Source: Rhodanobacter sp. | GTDB taxonomy: Bacteria; Pseudomonadota; Gammaproteobacteria; Xanthomonadales; Rhodanobacteraceae | Assembly: GCA_039922695.1 (NCBI GenBank) | Contig: JBDTEG010000013.1 | Coordinates: 6,233-70,232, forward strand | Reading direction: 5' to 3' | Length of the DNA: 64,000 nt | Notes under the pieces: model-generated | What the model saw: the letters and a program-made list of their open reading frames with translations, nothing else | Told to the model about the DNA's origin: nothing | Databases searched by the model: none | Part shown: positions 49,467 to 58,513 of the stretch, one piece after another | Numbering within the stretch: position 1 is the first letter of the stretch | How the letters are laid out: every line of letters starts with the position of its first letter | Translations under genes and position numbers: made by a program

Positions 49467-50498
49467 ATGTTGCAGAGCCAAACCAGTCACGCCGAAGGCC
49501 CCGATACCATCTTTGAGGGCATGTCAGAGGCGCTGCGCAGCGCACCGGGCATTCCGGTGCAGCACGGCACGCGTCGCGTGACGCTGGTGCCGAAGTACGC
49601 TGATGGCCAGCGCGAGGTCGACGTCAGTTACTCCTGGTTTGGCGCGGTGGGGGCCCCGACCATCGTCGTGCAAGGTGGGATCTCCGCCGATCGCAATATC
49701 ACCGCGCTGGATGAACAGGCTCCCGCCGGTTGGTGGCAGGCCCTGGTTGGCGACGGCGCGGCGATCGATCTGGCCTGCTGGCGGGTGCTGGTCATTGACT
49801 GGCTGGATGGCGCCCAACTGGGCGTGAGCGCGGTCTCCAGCGAGGATCAGGCGGATGCTTTGGCAGCCTTGCTGCGGGCGCTGGGCGTGGCGCAGGTGCA
49901 TGCGTTTGTGGGCGCATCCTATGGCGCGATGGTGGCGTTGGCCTTCGGCGCCCGGCATGCGCGCCTGGTAGGCAAGTTGGTGCTGCTGGCCGGCGCACAC
50001 CGACCGCACCCGCTGAGCACTGCGCAGCGCAGCGTGCAGCGTGGCATCGTGCGGCTTGGCCAGGCCAGTGGCCAGGTCGATGAGGCGCTGGCGCTGGCAC
50101 GTCAACTGGCGATCACCACCTACCGCGGTAGTGCGGAATTCGGTCGCCGCTTCGCCGGTGCACCCGAGCAACGCGATGGACGCTTCCATTTCCCGGTCGA
50201 GGATTATCTCGCGCACCAGGGCCACCGCTTCGTGGAGCGCTTCGATGCCGAGCGCTTCCTGGTGCTGTCCGAGTCAATCGACCTGCACAACGTGGAGCCG
50301 GAGGAAGTCCCCACGCCCGCCACCCTGATCGGGTTTCCGTCGGACCGGCTGGTGCCGCTGGCCGACCTGTGCGAACTGCAGCGGCGCCTGCGCGGGCCGG
50401 CCACGCTTGAAGTGGTCGAGTCGCCCTATGGCCACGATGCCTTCCTGAAAGAACCCGAACAGCTCGCGCCGCTGTTGCGCGAGGCCCTCACCGTGTAG
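49467..50498 (+). CDS. metX: homoserine O-acyltransferase (MetX family, probably succinyl-type)
   Basis: GGISAD, GWWQALVG, GASYGAM nucleophile elbow, YGHDAFLKE; GGAGAGG RBS. Confidence 0.88.
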   Translation: MLQSQTSHAEGPDTIFEGMSEALRSAPGIPVQHGTRRVTLVPKYADGQREVDVSYSWFGAVGAPTIVVQGGISADRNITALDEQAPAGWWQALVGDGAAIDLACWRVLVIDWLDGAQLGVSAVSSEDQADALAALLRALGVAQVHAFVGASYGAMVALAFGARHARLVGKLVLLAGAHRPHPLSTAQRSVQRGIVRLGQASGQVDEALALARQLAITTYRGSAEFGRRFAGAPEQRDGRFHFPVEDYLAHQGHRFVERFDAERFLVLSESIDLHNVEPEEVPTPATLIGFPSDRLVPLADLCELQRRLRGPATLEVVESPYGHDAFLKEPEQLAPLLREALTV

Positions 50499-50570
50499 GA
50501 GCGCACCCCGTGCGCGAATGCCCTTTCGGCACGTGACGGAAAAGCATTCGCGCACAGGGTGCGCTCCTAC
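50495..50570. repeat. REP doublet (inverted GTAG-type arms)
   Basis: GTAGGAGCGCACCCCGTGCGCGAATGC ... GCATTCGCGCACAGGGTGCGCTCCTAC between metX and metB. Confidence 0.92.
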
Positions 50571-50606
50571 GCAAATGAAATCACGATGCATGAGCTGGAG
50601 ATTCAC

Positions 50607-51797
50607 ATGAGCAAAACGTCCGCCCCGTGTACCCGCGCCGTGCGCGCCGGCATCGAGAGTGACACCCAGCACGGCGCCGTGGTGCCGGCGCTGCACTTGT
50701 CGACCAACTACAGCTTCGAGGGTTTCGGACGCAAGCGCGTCTACGACTATTCGCGCAGCGGCAACCCCACGCGCGACCTGCTTGCCGAGGCCTTGGCGGA
50801 CCTGGAGCAGGGCGCCGGTGCGGTGGTGACGTCCAGCGGCATGTCGGCCGTGGCGCTGGCGCTGGAACTGATACCAGCCGGTGCCACCGTGCTGGCGGCG
50901 CACGACTGCTATGGCGGCACCTGGCGGCTGCTCGATGCATGGGCGAAGAAGGGCCGTTTAAAGGTCGAGTTCGCCGACCTCACCGACAGCGTCGCCCTGG
51001 CTGCCGGGCTGGCGCACCGGCCCGCCCTGGTCTGGGTGGAGACGCCGTCCAATCCACTGCTGCGGATCACCGACATCCGCCACGTGGCACAGGCGGCGCA
51101 CGCCGTCGGCGCCTTGCTGCTGGTCGACAACACCTTTCTCTCGCCCGCGTTGCAGCAGCCGCTGCTACTCGGCGCCGACGTGGTGCTGCATTCGACTACC
51201 AAGTACATCAACGGTCACAGCGACGTGGTGGGTGGCGCGGTGGTGGCCCACGACGCAGCGATGTTCGAGCAACTGAAGTGGTGGGCCAACTGCTGCGGTG
51301 TCGCGGGTGCGCCGTTCGACAGCTACCTGACCCTGCGCGGGCTGCGTACGCTGGGCGTGCGCCTGCGCCAGCATCAGGAGAACGCCGCGCGGGTCGCCGC
51401 TCAACTGGAGGCCCATCCGGCCGTGCGCAAGGTGTACTACCCGGGGCTGGCGAGCCATCCCGGCCATGCGCTGGCCTCGCGTCAGCAGCAGGGCTTCGGC
51501 GCCATGTTGAGCTTCGAGCTGGATGGGGACGTCGCCCAGATCGAGGCGTTCATCCATGGGCTCGAATACTTTTCGCTGGCCGAATCCCTGGGCGGGGTGG
51601 AAAGCCTGATCGCCCACCCGGCCAGCATGACGCATGCGTCGATGGCGCCCGAAGCGCGTCGCACCGCCGGCATCACCGACAGCCTGTTGCGAATCTCGGT
51701 GGGCATCGAAGACGGCGACGACCTGCTGCGCGATCTTGATGCGGCGCTGGTGCGTGCAGCTTCCGTGGCACAGTCCAAACGTCGGGTCGTGGCATGA
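50607..51797 (+). CDS. metB: cystathionine gamma-synthase / O-succinylhomoserine (thiol)-lyase
   Basis: YDYSRSGNPTR, ETPSNP, DNTF, HSTTKYINGHSD (PLP Lys), AESLGGVESL. Confidence 0.92.
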   Translation: MSKTSAPCTRAVRAGIESDTQHGAVVPALHLSTNYSFEGFGRKRVYDYSRSGNPTRDLLAEALADLEQGAGAVVTSSGMSAVALALELIPAGATVLAAHDCYGGTWRLLDAWAKKGRLKVEFADLTDSVALAAGLAHRPALVWVETPSNPLLRITDIRHVAQAAHAVGALLLVDNTFLSPALQQPLLLGADVVLHSTTKYINGHSDVVGGAVVAHDAAMFEQLKWWANCCGVAGAPFDSYLTLRGLRTLGVRLRQHQENAARVAAQLEAHPAVRKVYYPGLASHPGHALASRQQQGFGAMLSFELDGDVAQIEAFIHGLEYFSLAESLGGVESLIAHPASMTHASMAPEARRTAGITDSLLRISVGIEDGDDLLRDLDAALVRAASVAQSKRRVVA

Positions 51798-52876
51798 GTG
51801 CGGTGCTGGCCGAACGATCGGTACAGCCCCGCCGGGGAGCGTCCTCCACCTGCGCGGTGGTGTTGCTCGGTACCGGCGTGGTGGGTGGTGCACTGCTCAA
51901 GCTGCTGAACACGTCAGCTGCCGATTCTCTGCGGCTGGTCGGCGCCGCGAACTCGCGCCGGCAGCAGACCGATCCGGTCCGGCTCAAGCAGCGCAATCTG
52001 CGCGACCAGTTGAACCTGCACGGCGATCCGCGCGACAACACCCAACTGCTGGCGGCGCTCGACGCCAGTGATTCGCCGTGCAAGGTCATCATCGACGCCA
52101 GCGCCAGTGGCGCGATCGCCGCGTGCCATGCCGAATGGCTGGTCCGCGGCTATCACGTCGTCACCGCCAACAAGGCACTGGCCGGCGGCGAACTGGCCGG
52201 TTGGCGCGCACTGCAGGCGGCGCTGGCGGATGGCGCGCAGTACGGTGATTCGGCCACTGTCGGTGCCGGCCTGCCGGTGCTTTCCACGCTGCGCCGGTTG
52301 CGTCGTTGCGGCGATGCGCTGCTGACCCTGGAGGGCGTATTCAGCGGCTCGCTGTCGTGGTTGTTCAACCAGTATGACGGCAGCCGACCGTTCTCCGACC
52401 TGCTGCGCGAGGCGCGCCAACTCGGCTATACCGAACCCGATCCGCGCTCGGACCTGTCAGGCGAGGACGTGGCGCGCAAACTGTTGATCATCGCCCGCCA
52501 CGCCGGCTTCTCCCTCAGCAGCGAAGAGGTGGTGGTGGAAAGCCTGGTGCCGGAAGCCTTGCGTCATATCGACAGTGAGGCATTCCTCACTCGGCTGGAC
52601 GAGCTTGATGCGCCGTTGGCGGCGCGCCACGCCGAGGCGGCCAGTCGCGGCCACGTGCTGCGATTCATGGCCCGGCTCAATCAGCGCGGCCATGCGCGTG
52701 TCGGTCTGGTCGAAGTGGCCACCTCTCACCCGGCCGCACGGTTGTACGGCACCGACAACCAGTTCGCGCTCAGCACCACCCGCTACAACACCCAGCCGCT
52801 GGTGATCCAGGGGCCGGGCGCGGGACCGGAAGTCACGGCGCAGGCGTTGCTCGGGGACGTGCTGGCATTGATCTGA
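51794..52876 (+). CDS. homoserine dehydrogenase (MetL-HDH-like, monofunctional)
   Basis: GTGVVGG, HVVTANK, TVGAGLP, GVFSGSLS, GYTEPDPRSDLSGEDVARK, GPGAG. Confidence 0.9.
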   Translation: MSAVLAERSVQPRRGASSTCAVVLLGTGVVGGALLKLLNTSAADSLRLVGAANSRRQQTDPVRLKQRNLRDQLNLHGDPRDNTQLLAALDASDSPCKVIIDASASGAIAACHAEWLVRGYHVVTANKALAGGELAGWRALQAALADGAQYGDSATVGAGLPVLSTLRRLRRCGDALLTLEGVFSGSLSWLFNQYDGSRPFSDLLREARQLGYTEPDPRSDLSGEDVARKLLIIARHAGFSLSSEEVVVESLVPEALRHIDSEAFLTRLDELDAPLAARHAEAASRGHVLRFMARLNQRGHARVGLVEVATSHPAARLYGTDNQFALSTTRYNTQPLVIQGPGAGPEVTAQALLGDVLALI

Positions 52877-52899
52877 AAGCCGCGTTGATCATGCCGGCT

Positions 52900-54564
52900 T
52901 CAATGGCCGGTGATCTTTTCCGCGGTCTCTTCGTCCGGTGGCACCAGGAGGTCACCGGGGTGGGCGTGCGCTTCCAGTTGCGCTGCTTCCACCGACGGCG
53001 TTCGCCAGCCGGACTTCACGCCCCACAGAAAAAACACCAGGCCGATCACGGCGACCACCCCCAGGTCGATGCCGTAGGGCAGATAACCTTTGCCACCGAA
53101 GGTAGTGCTGCCGGCCCACGACACCAGGGCCAGTGAGGGCAGGTAGAAGATCAGCCACCAGGCGCCTTTCAGCTGGCGCCCGAAATCGTGCCAGCCGGCC
53201 TTGGCCTGGTAGTAGAAGTACACCGGAAGCGCGACCACCATCAGCAGGATGATTTCGCCGGTCAGCGGCCACCGCGCCCAGTACAGCAGTTCGGTGGACA
53301 TGATGAAGGCCACGCCGGCCAGGATCGGCAGGCCAGCCAGCCGGAACGGGCGGTTGAGTTCAGGCGCGGTGCGTCGCAGCGTCATCACGCTGACCGGCCC
53401 GGTCAGGTAGGAGATGATCGTGGCCACCGAGATCACCGCCGCCAGCGAGCCCCAGCCGCGGAAGAAGAACAGGAACAGGAACGACACGGCCAGGTTCACC
53501 CACATCGCCGGACGCGGCACGCCCCAGCGCGGATGCACGCGGCCGAGGATCTTCGGCAAGGTGCCGTTGCGCTCCATGCCGTACAGCATGCGCGCGGTGG
53601 TCGCGGTGTAGGTCATGCCGGTACCGCTGGGGCTGATCACCGCGTCGATGAACAGCAGCGTGGCCAGCCACTGCAGACCGAGGATGATCGCCAGGTCGGC
53701 GAACGGCGAACTGAAGTCGATCCCGTGCCAGCCCACGTTGGCCAGCATCTCGCGCGGCACCGCACCGATGAACGACACCTGCAGCAATACGTAGACCACG
53801 GTGGCCAACGCAATCGAGCAGACGATCGCGAACGGAATGCTGCGGCCGGGATTGCGCGCTTCGCCGGCCAGGTTCACCGGACTCTGGAAGCCGTTGAAGC
53901 TGAACACGATGCCGGCGATCGCCACGGCGGTGAGGATCGAGGCGAAGTCCGTCTTGTGCAGCTCGCCGTGGATGCCGACGCTGAAATTTTCCGGATGGAA
54001 GCCGGTCATCATCAGCAGCACCGCAGTCAGTGCGGGGATGACCAGCTTGAACAGCGTGATCGCCGTGTTCGAGCGCGCGAACAGCTTCACGCTCCAGAAG
54101 TTGAACAGGAAATACATCACGACCAGCGCAGCGGCGATCAGCAGGCCATTGGTGCTCAGCTCGCCGTGGCCACCGGGAACCTTGTGATACAGATCCCTTG
54201 CCCATTGCCACTTCCACGAAGACATGTATTGCGCCGACGCTTCTGCCTCGACCGAAATCACCGAGACGATCGCGATCCAGTTCGCCCACGCCGCGATGAA
54301 ACCGACCAGCGAACCGTGCGAGTAGTGCCCGTAACGCACCATGCCGCCGGACTCCGGAAACATCGCGCCCAGTTCGGCATAGGTCAGCGCGATCGTCATG
54401 ATGATCGCCGCGCCCAGGATCCATGCCCAGATCGCGCCGGGGCCGGCGATCTGCGCGGCGCGCCAGGCACCGAACAGCCAGCCCGAGCCGATGATCGAGC
54501 CCAACCCGGTAAGCATCAGGGCAAGCGGTCCTACGTCGCGGCGAATCGCGCGTTCCTGGGTCAT
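52900..54564 (-). CDS. APC family amino acid permease
   Basis: GSIIGSGWLFG, AELGAMFP.SGG, FSFNGFQ; about 12-14 TM. Confidence 0.9.
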   Translation of the reverse strand: MTQERAIRRDVGPLALMLTGLGSIIGSGWLFGAWRAAQIAGPGAIWAWILGAAIIMTIALTYAELGAMFPESGGMVRYGHYSHGSLVGFIAAWANWIAIVSVISVEAEASAQYMSSWKWQWARDLYHKVPGGHGELSTNGLLIAAALVVMYFLFNFWSVKLFARSNTAITLFKLVIPALTAVLLMMTGFHPENFSVGIHGELHKTDFASILTAVAIAGIVFSFNGFQSPVNLAGEARNPGRSIPFAIVCSIALATVVYVLLQVSFIGAVPREMLANVGWHGIDFSSPFADLAIILGLQWLATLLFIDAVISPSGTGMTYTATTARMLYGMERNGTLPKILGRVHPRWGVPRPAMWVNLAVSFLFLFFFRGWGSLAAVISVATIISYLTGPVSVMTLRRTAPELNRPFRLAGLPILAGVAFIMSTELLYWARWPLTGEIILLMVVALPVYFYYQAKAGWHDFGRQLKGAWWLIFYLPSLALVSWAGSTTFGGKGYLPYGIDLGVVAVIGLVFFLWGVKSGWRTPSVEAAQLEAHAHPGDLLVPPDEETAEKITGH

Positions 54565-54738
54565 GGGGGTTCCTGTGGCCGGGCGGAGTGCACCGTGAAG
54601 GGTCGGATGTTTGCAGAAACGGGCGGCAGCTGTCATCTACCCGTGGTCGTCGGGGCGTTCTGGTACCTCACCCCGGCACGGCCGGAGAGAGGATTCGGCC
54701 CGGAGGCGCGCACACGCTGGTTTCTTTGAAGATGCCTG

Positions 54739-55090
54739 CAAGAGTGGCGTTGTTTCCTCTTGATTCGACATGAAAGCAAGAGCTTTGGTGGGCCGGCAGC
54801 GCCCGAGTCACTCTTCGCTTGTGCCCACGCACACGTCAGCAACGTGTGCGAACAGCGCAGCTGGCCCGAACGGCGTAGGGCAGGATGCCCGGAGTAAAGA
54901 GAAGAGGAATCGGCATCGTGCCGATTCGCCCCGCGGGCCCTGTCGCCCCCGCCTCAGCGCCGCAAAGGGGCTGAGGCACACCACCGCCGCGCGGTGGCGA
55001 AAGAACCGGTCGCCAGAGCATTTCCCTTGAGCACCATCCCCCGAATGCGAACGCCTCAGTTCGGCCAGGAAGCGACAGCCGCCACATCAA
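54739..55090. other. highly structured non-coding segment at the edge of an accessory cluster
   Basis: At least five inverted repeats (54739/54757, 54829/54842, 54907/54919, 54951/54970, 54981/54991). Confidence 0.55.
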
Positions 55091-55100
55091 CCAAGCTGTC

Positions 55101-55991
55101 CTAAAGCCGCCGCTCACCTATGTCAGCGTAACCGGCTTTTCGTAATTCGTGGTGACTTTGATTGAAGCCCTGCTCCGGAACGAGCTCTCCCTTCCTGTCT
55201 GCAACGTGAGCCCACTGCGCAAGCAAATTCTCGGCAGAAAGCATCGTACCCGAGAGATGGATCCCTCGGGTCAAGGTGATATTTGCCACCTCGAAGCCGC
55301 CAGCGCCGGCGCAGAGGATGGCGTGCGTTGGCGCGGATTCCGACACCAGCGCGAGCACGGCCGGACTGACCAGCTCGGGTCGCAGCAAGGCCAACTGTGC
55401 GTCTGGAAGGAGGCCTTCCATCATCTGGGTGGCTGCGGTCGGCGCGATGCAATTGACCCGGATGTCATGCTTCACACCCTCGAGCGCAAGGGTCTGCATC
55501 AACCCGACCAGACCCATCTTTGCGGCGGCGTAGTTTGCCTGCCCGAAATTGCCATAAAGACCCGAGGACGATGTCGTCATGACGATGCGCCCGTATTTTT
55601 GGGTCCGCATCGTCTCCCAGACGGCCTTGGTGCAATTGGCGCTGCCCATCAGATGAACTTCAATCACCAGGCGAAAATCGTCGAGGGTCATTTTCGCGAA
55701 CGACTTGTCGCGCAGGATGCCAGCGTTGTTGACCAGAATGTCGACACGTCCCCACGTGGACAGTGCGGTATCCACCATCCGTTGGACAAAGGCGACATCG
55801 GTCACCGAACCCTGGGCTGGATAGGCTTCCCCGCCCGCATCGTTGATCTCCCCGGCCACCGCCGCGCCACCGGCGCCCAGGTCATTGACCACCACGCGCG
55901 CGCCGTGCTTGGCGAGCAGCAGAGCATGCGAGCGGCCCAAGCCGCCCCCCGCGCCAGTCACAATCGCCACACGGCCTTTTAGATCGATCAT
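55101..55991 (-). CDS. SDR oxidoreductase (MFE-2-like 3-hydroxyacyl-CoA dehydrogenase type)
   Basis: TGAGGGLGRSHA, VVVNDLG, NNAGILRD, GNFGQANYAAAK. Confidence 0.88.
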   Translation of the reverse strand: MIDLKGRVAIVTGAGGGLGRSHALLLAKHGARVVVNDLGAGGAAVAGEINDAGGEAYPAQGSVTDVAFVQRMVDTALSTWGRVDILVNNAGILRDKSFAKMTLDDFRLVIEVHLMGSANCTKAVWETMRTQKYGRIVMTTSSSGLYGNFGQANYAAAKMGLVGLMQTLALEGVKHDIRVNCIAPTAATQMMEGLLPDAQLALLRPELVSPAVLALVSESAPTHAILCAGAGGFEVANITLTRGIHLSGTMLSAENLLAQWAHVADRKGELVPEQGFNQSHHELRKAGYADIGERRL

Positions 55992-56242
55992 TGGAGCCTC
56001 CTGATAGTTTGCGGCCCTGGATCCGGGCTGCAAATTTCGGTCCGTGACACCCACGGCGGCAGGGCATTGGACGCACACCCTAGCATCCCGGAAAGCGCTG
56101 GTAAATATATTCACTCTAAACATAGTGAAAATTGACTCGGGAGCAAAAACAGCGCCAAATTGCCACCGGGGGTCTGCCGAGCCATAACGGCGCCGCCAAT
56201 TACGCCGATTTACCAAGCAAGCCGATCTATTGGAGGGGAGAC

Positions 56243-58447
56243 ATGAAAATCAATTCCAGGAATAGCCGCGCACGGTGGTTGGGGCTCGCGCTCCTGACGT
56301 TGCCGTGGTGCGGTTCGATGCAAGCGCAGACGACGGCGGCACCGTCCGATACCGAGTCCGATCAGACTCCACCGAAGGCCAAGGCCTCGGAGAAAGTCAC
56401 TACGCTCAAGACCGTCACCGTCTCGGCGGAACGTCGAAACGAAGCGTTGCAGACCACGCCGATTGCGGCGACGGTGCTGACCGGCGACGATCTGCTCAAC
56501 CGGGGCGTCAACGTGATTGACCAACTCCAGTTCACGTCGCCTTCGGCTACCGTGAACAACTTTGGCCAGGGTATCGATTTCGACATCCGCGGGATCGGCA
56601 AGGCCGAGCACAACTCGCAGACCGGCACCGGCGTCGTCGTCTACCGCGATGGCGTACCGACGTTTCCCGGCTACTTCACCGAGGAGCCCTACTACGACAT
56701 TGCGTCGGTGCAGATCCTGCGCGGCCCGCAGGGCACGTTCGGCGGTCAGAATGCCGTCGGCGGCGCGGTCCTCGTCAACTCGAACGATCCGATCATCAAT
56801 GGCGGCTACCAGGGCTACGTGTCAGGCCAGGCTGGCAATTACAGCGACGCGGCCTTGCAGGGCGCGATCAATCTCCCGATCAGCAACACGTTTGCGGCGC
56901 GGGTCGCGGTCAACAGCGACAACCGGAGCAGTTTCTGGAACATCACCGGTCCCTATAGCGGCTCCAACGCCCGCTTGCGCTCACGCAGCGCCCGCATCGG
57001 CCTGCTCTGGCAGCCCAGTGATGCTCTCTCGGTTCTGCTCAAGACCGACTACAACCATATCGACATGGGCGCGTACCCGGCCGATCCGGTGAACTCGCCC
57101 AACGATCCGTTCGACATCACCGCCAACGCCCCACTGAAGGCGCTGGACCGTTTCTCGCGGACCGTACTGAAGATCGACTACAAGTTTCACAACGGCGTCA
57201 AATTCCGTGCGACCTCCGGCTACCAGCATGGCAACACCGCCTATCAGGCCGATCTGGATGGAACTGAACTGGGTTACTCCACCTTCCGCGATTCGGTGTA
57301 CGAAACCATTTACTCGCAGGAGCTCAATCTCATTTCGCCGGATACCGGCAGGTTTACCTGGATCCTCGGTGCGTACTGGCAGAAGGACACCTACACGTTC
57401 CCGACCGGTCAATTCCTGATCGGCGTGCCGGCAGGCAATCCGGCGTCCGAATACGTGCTGCAGGGAACCAATCCGAAAAAGAACAGCGCCCTGTTCGGTC
57501 AGGTCGGCTACCAACTTTCCGACGAGCTCAAGCTCACGGTAGGCGGGCGCTACTCCAAGGATCGTACGGCCAACAACGTTTACGTCGTCCAATATGGCCT
57601 GCCGTTGATTGACGATCAGTCCGCCAAATACTCGAACTTCTCCGGCAAGGTGTCGCTCGACTGGACGGTGAGCGATAGAAACTTCCTGTATGCCTTCGCG
57701 GCCAGCGGCTATCGCCCCGGCGGGTTGAATGTGCCGGTGGGCCTGGGACTACCCGCTCCATTCAAGGGTGAGACGGTGACGAGTCTGGAAGCCGGCTGGA
57801 AGGCAACCTGGCTGGACGATCACCTGCGCACCCAGATCGACGCGTTCCACAACAACTACAAGAATTTCCAGGTCACCATTGGCTACCCGGACTATCCCAC
57901 GTTCGGGATCGAGCTCAATACGCCCAATCCCACCAAGATGTACGGCTTTGAAGCGCAGGCCCAAGCGGTATTCGGCGACTGGTCGATTTACGGCAACCTC
58001 GGCTGGTTGCACAGCGACCTGGGGCAGTTCTACGCCACCGACCCCAGACTTCCCTCGGTGGCATTTTGCGACCCGGCGACCGGTCCGGAGAGCGCCACCT
58101 GTCCCAACCTGGGCGGAAGCGAACAGACCTATGCGCCGAAACTGACGTTCAATACGGGCGTGCAGCGCACCTTCCGCGTCGGCCCCGACACGATCACCCC
58201 GCGTATCAATTACGCGCATATTGCGGGGCAGTGGGCCACCTTGTTCGAGAATGAGGCGCTCGGCGACCGCATCGGAAGCCGCAACCTGCTCGGTGCCCAA
58301 ATCGACTGGGCTCACGGCAGTTGGCTGACGACGCTGTACGGCACCAACCTGACCAACCAGCACTACATCGGGGCCATCAATTCGGGGCTCCGGTTCGCCG
58401 GTTACCCGCGCCAGTACGGCATACGCGCCACTCTATTTTTCCAGTGA
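56243..58447 (+). CDS. TonB-dependent receptor
   Basis: Signal peptide, TVTVSAERR TonB-box region, plug (LRGPQGT..GQNAVGG), C-terminal PRQYGIRATLFF-type end. Confidence 0.93.
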   Translation: MKINSRNSRARWLGLALLTLPWCGSMQAQTTAAPSDTESDQTPPKAKASEKVTTLKTVTVSAERRNEALQTTPIAATVLTGDDLLNRGVNVIDQLQFTSPSATVNNFGQGIDFDIRGIGKAEHNSQTGTGVVVYRDGVPTFPGYFTEEPYYDIASVQILRGPQGTFGGQNAVGGAVLVNSNDPIINGGYQGYVSGQAGNYSDAALQGAINLPISNTFAARVAVNSDNRSSFWNITGPYSGSNARLRSRSARIGLLWQPSDALSVLLKTDYNHIDMGAYPADPVNSPNDPFDITANAPLKALDRFSRTVLKIDYKFHNGVKFRATSGYQHGNTAYQADLDGTELGYSTFRDSVYETIYSQELNLISPDTGRFTWILGAYWQKDTYTFPTGQFLIGVPAGNPASEYVLQGTNPKKNSALFGQVGYQLSDELKLTVGGRYSKDRTANNVYVVQYGLPLIDDQSAKYSNFSGKVSLDWTVSDRNFLYAFAASGYRPGGLNVPVGLGLPAPFKGETVTSLEAGWKATWLDDHLRTQIDAFHNNYKNFQVTIGYPDYPTFGIELNTPNPTKMYGFEAQAQAVFGDWSIYGNLGWLHSDLGQFYATDPRLPSVAFCDPATGPESATCPNLGGSEQTYAPKLTFNTGVQRTFRVGPDTITPRINYAHIAGQWATLFENEALGDRIGSRNLLGAQIDWAHGSWLTTLYGTNLTNQHYIGAINSGLRFAGYPRQYGIRATLFFQ

Positions 58448-58513
58448 TCGAAGCAGTCATCCCCGCGTCGCCACGCGGCGACACGGGGATGCCGCGACAG
58501 GTGCTTTTTCTGC

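Noticed and set aside
54680-54725. GGAGAGAGG...GGAGGCGC as a glycine riboswitch for the APC permease
   Set aside because: It is on the wrong strand relative to the permease, and the CCGAAG and CTCAGG core elements are missing.
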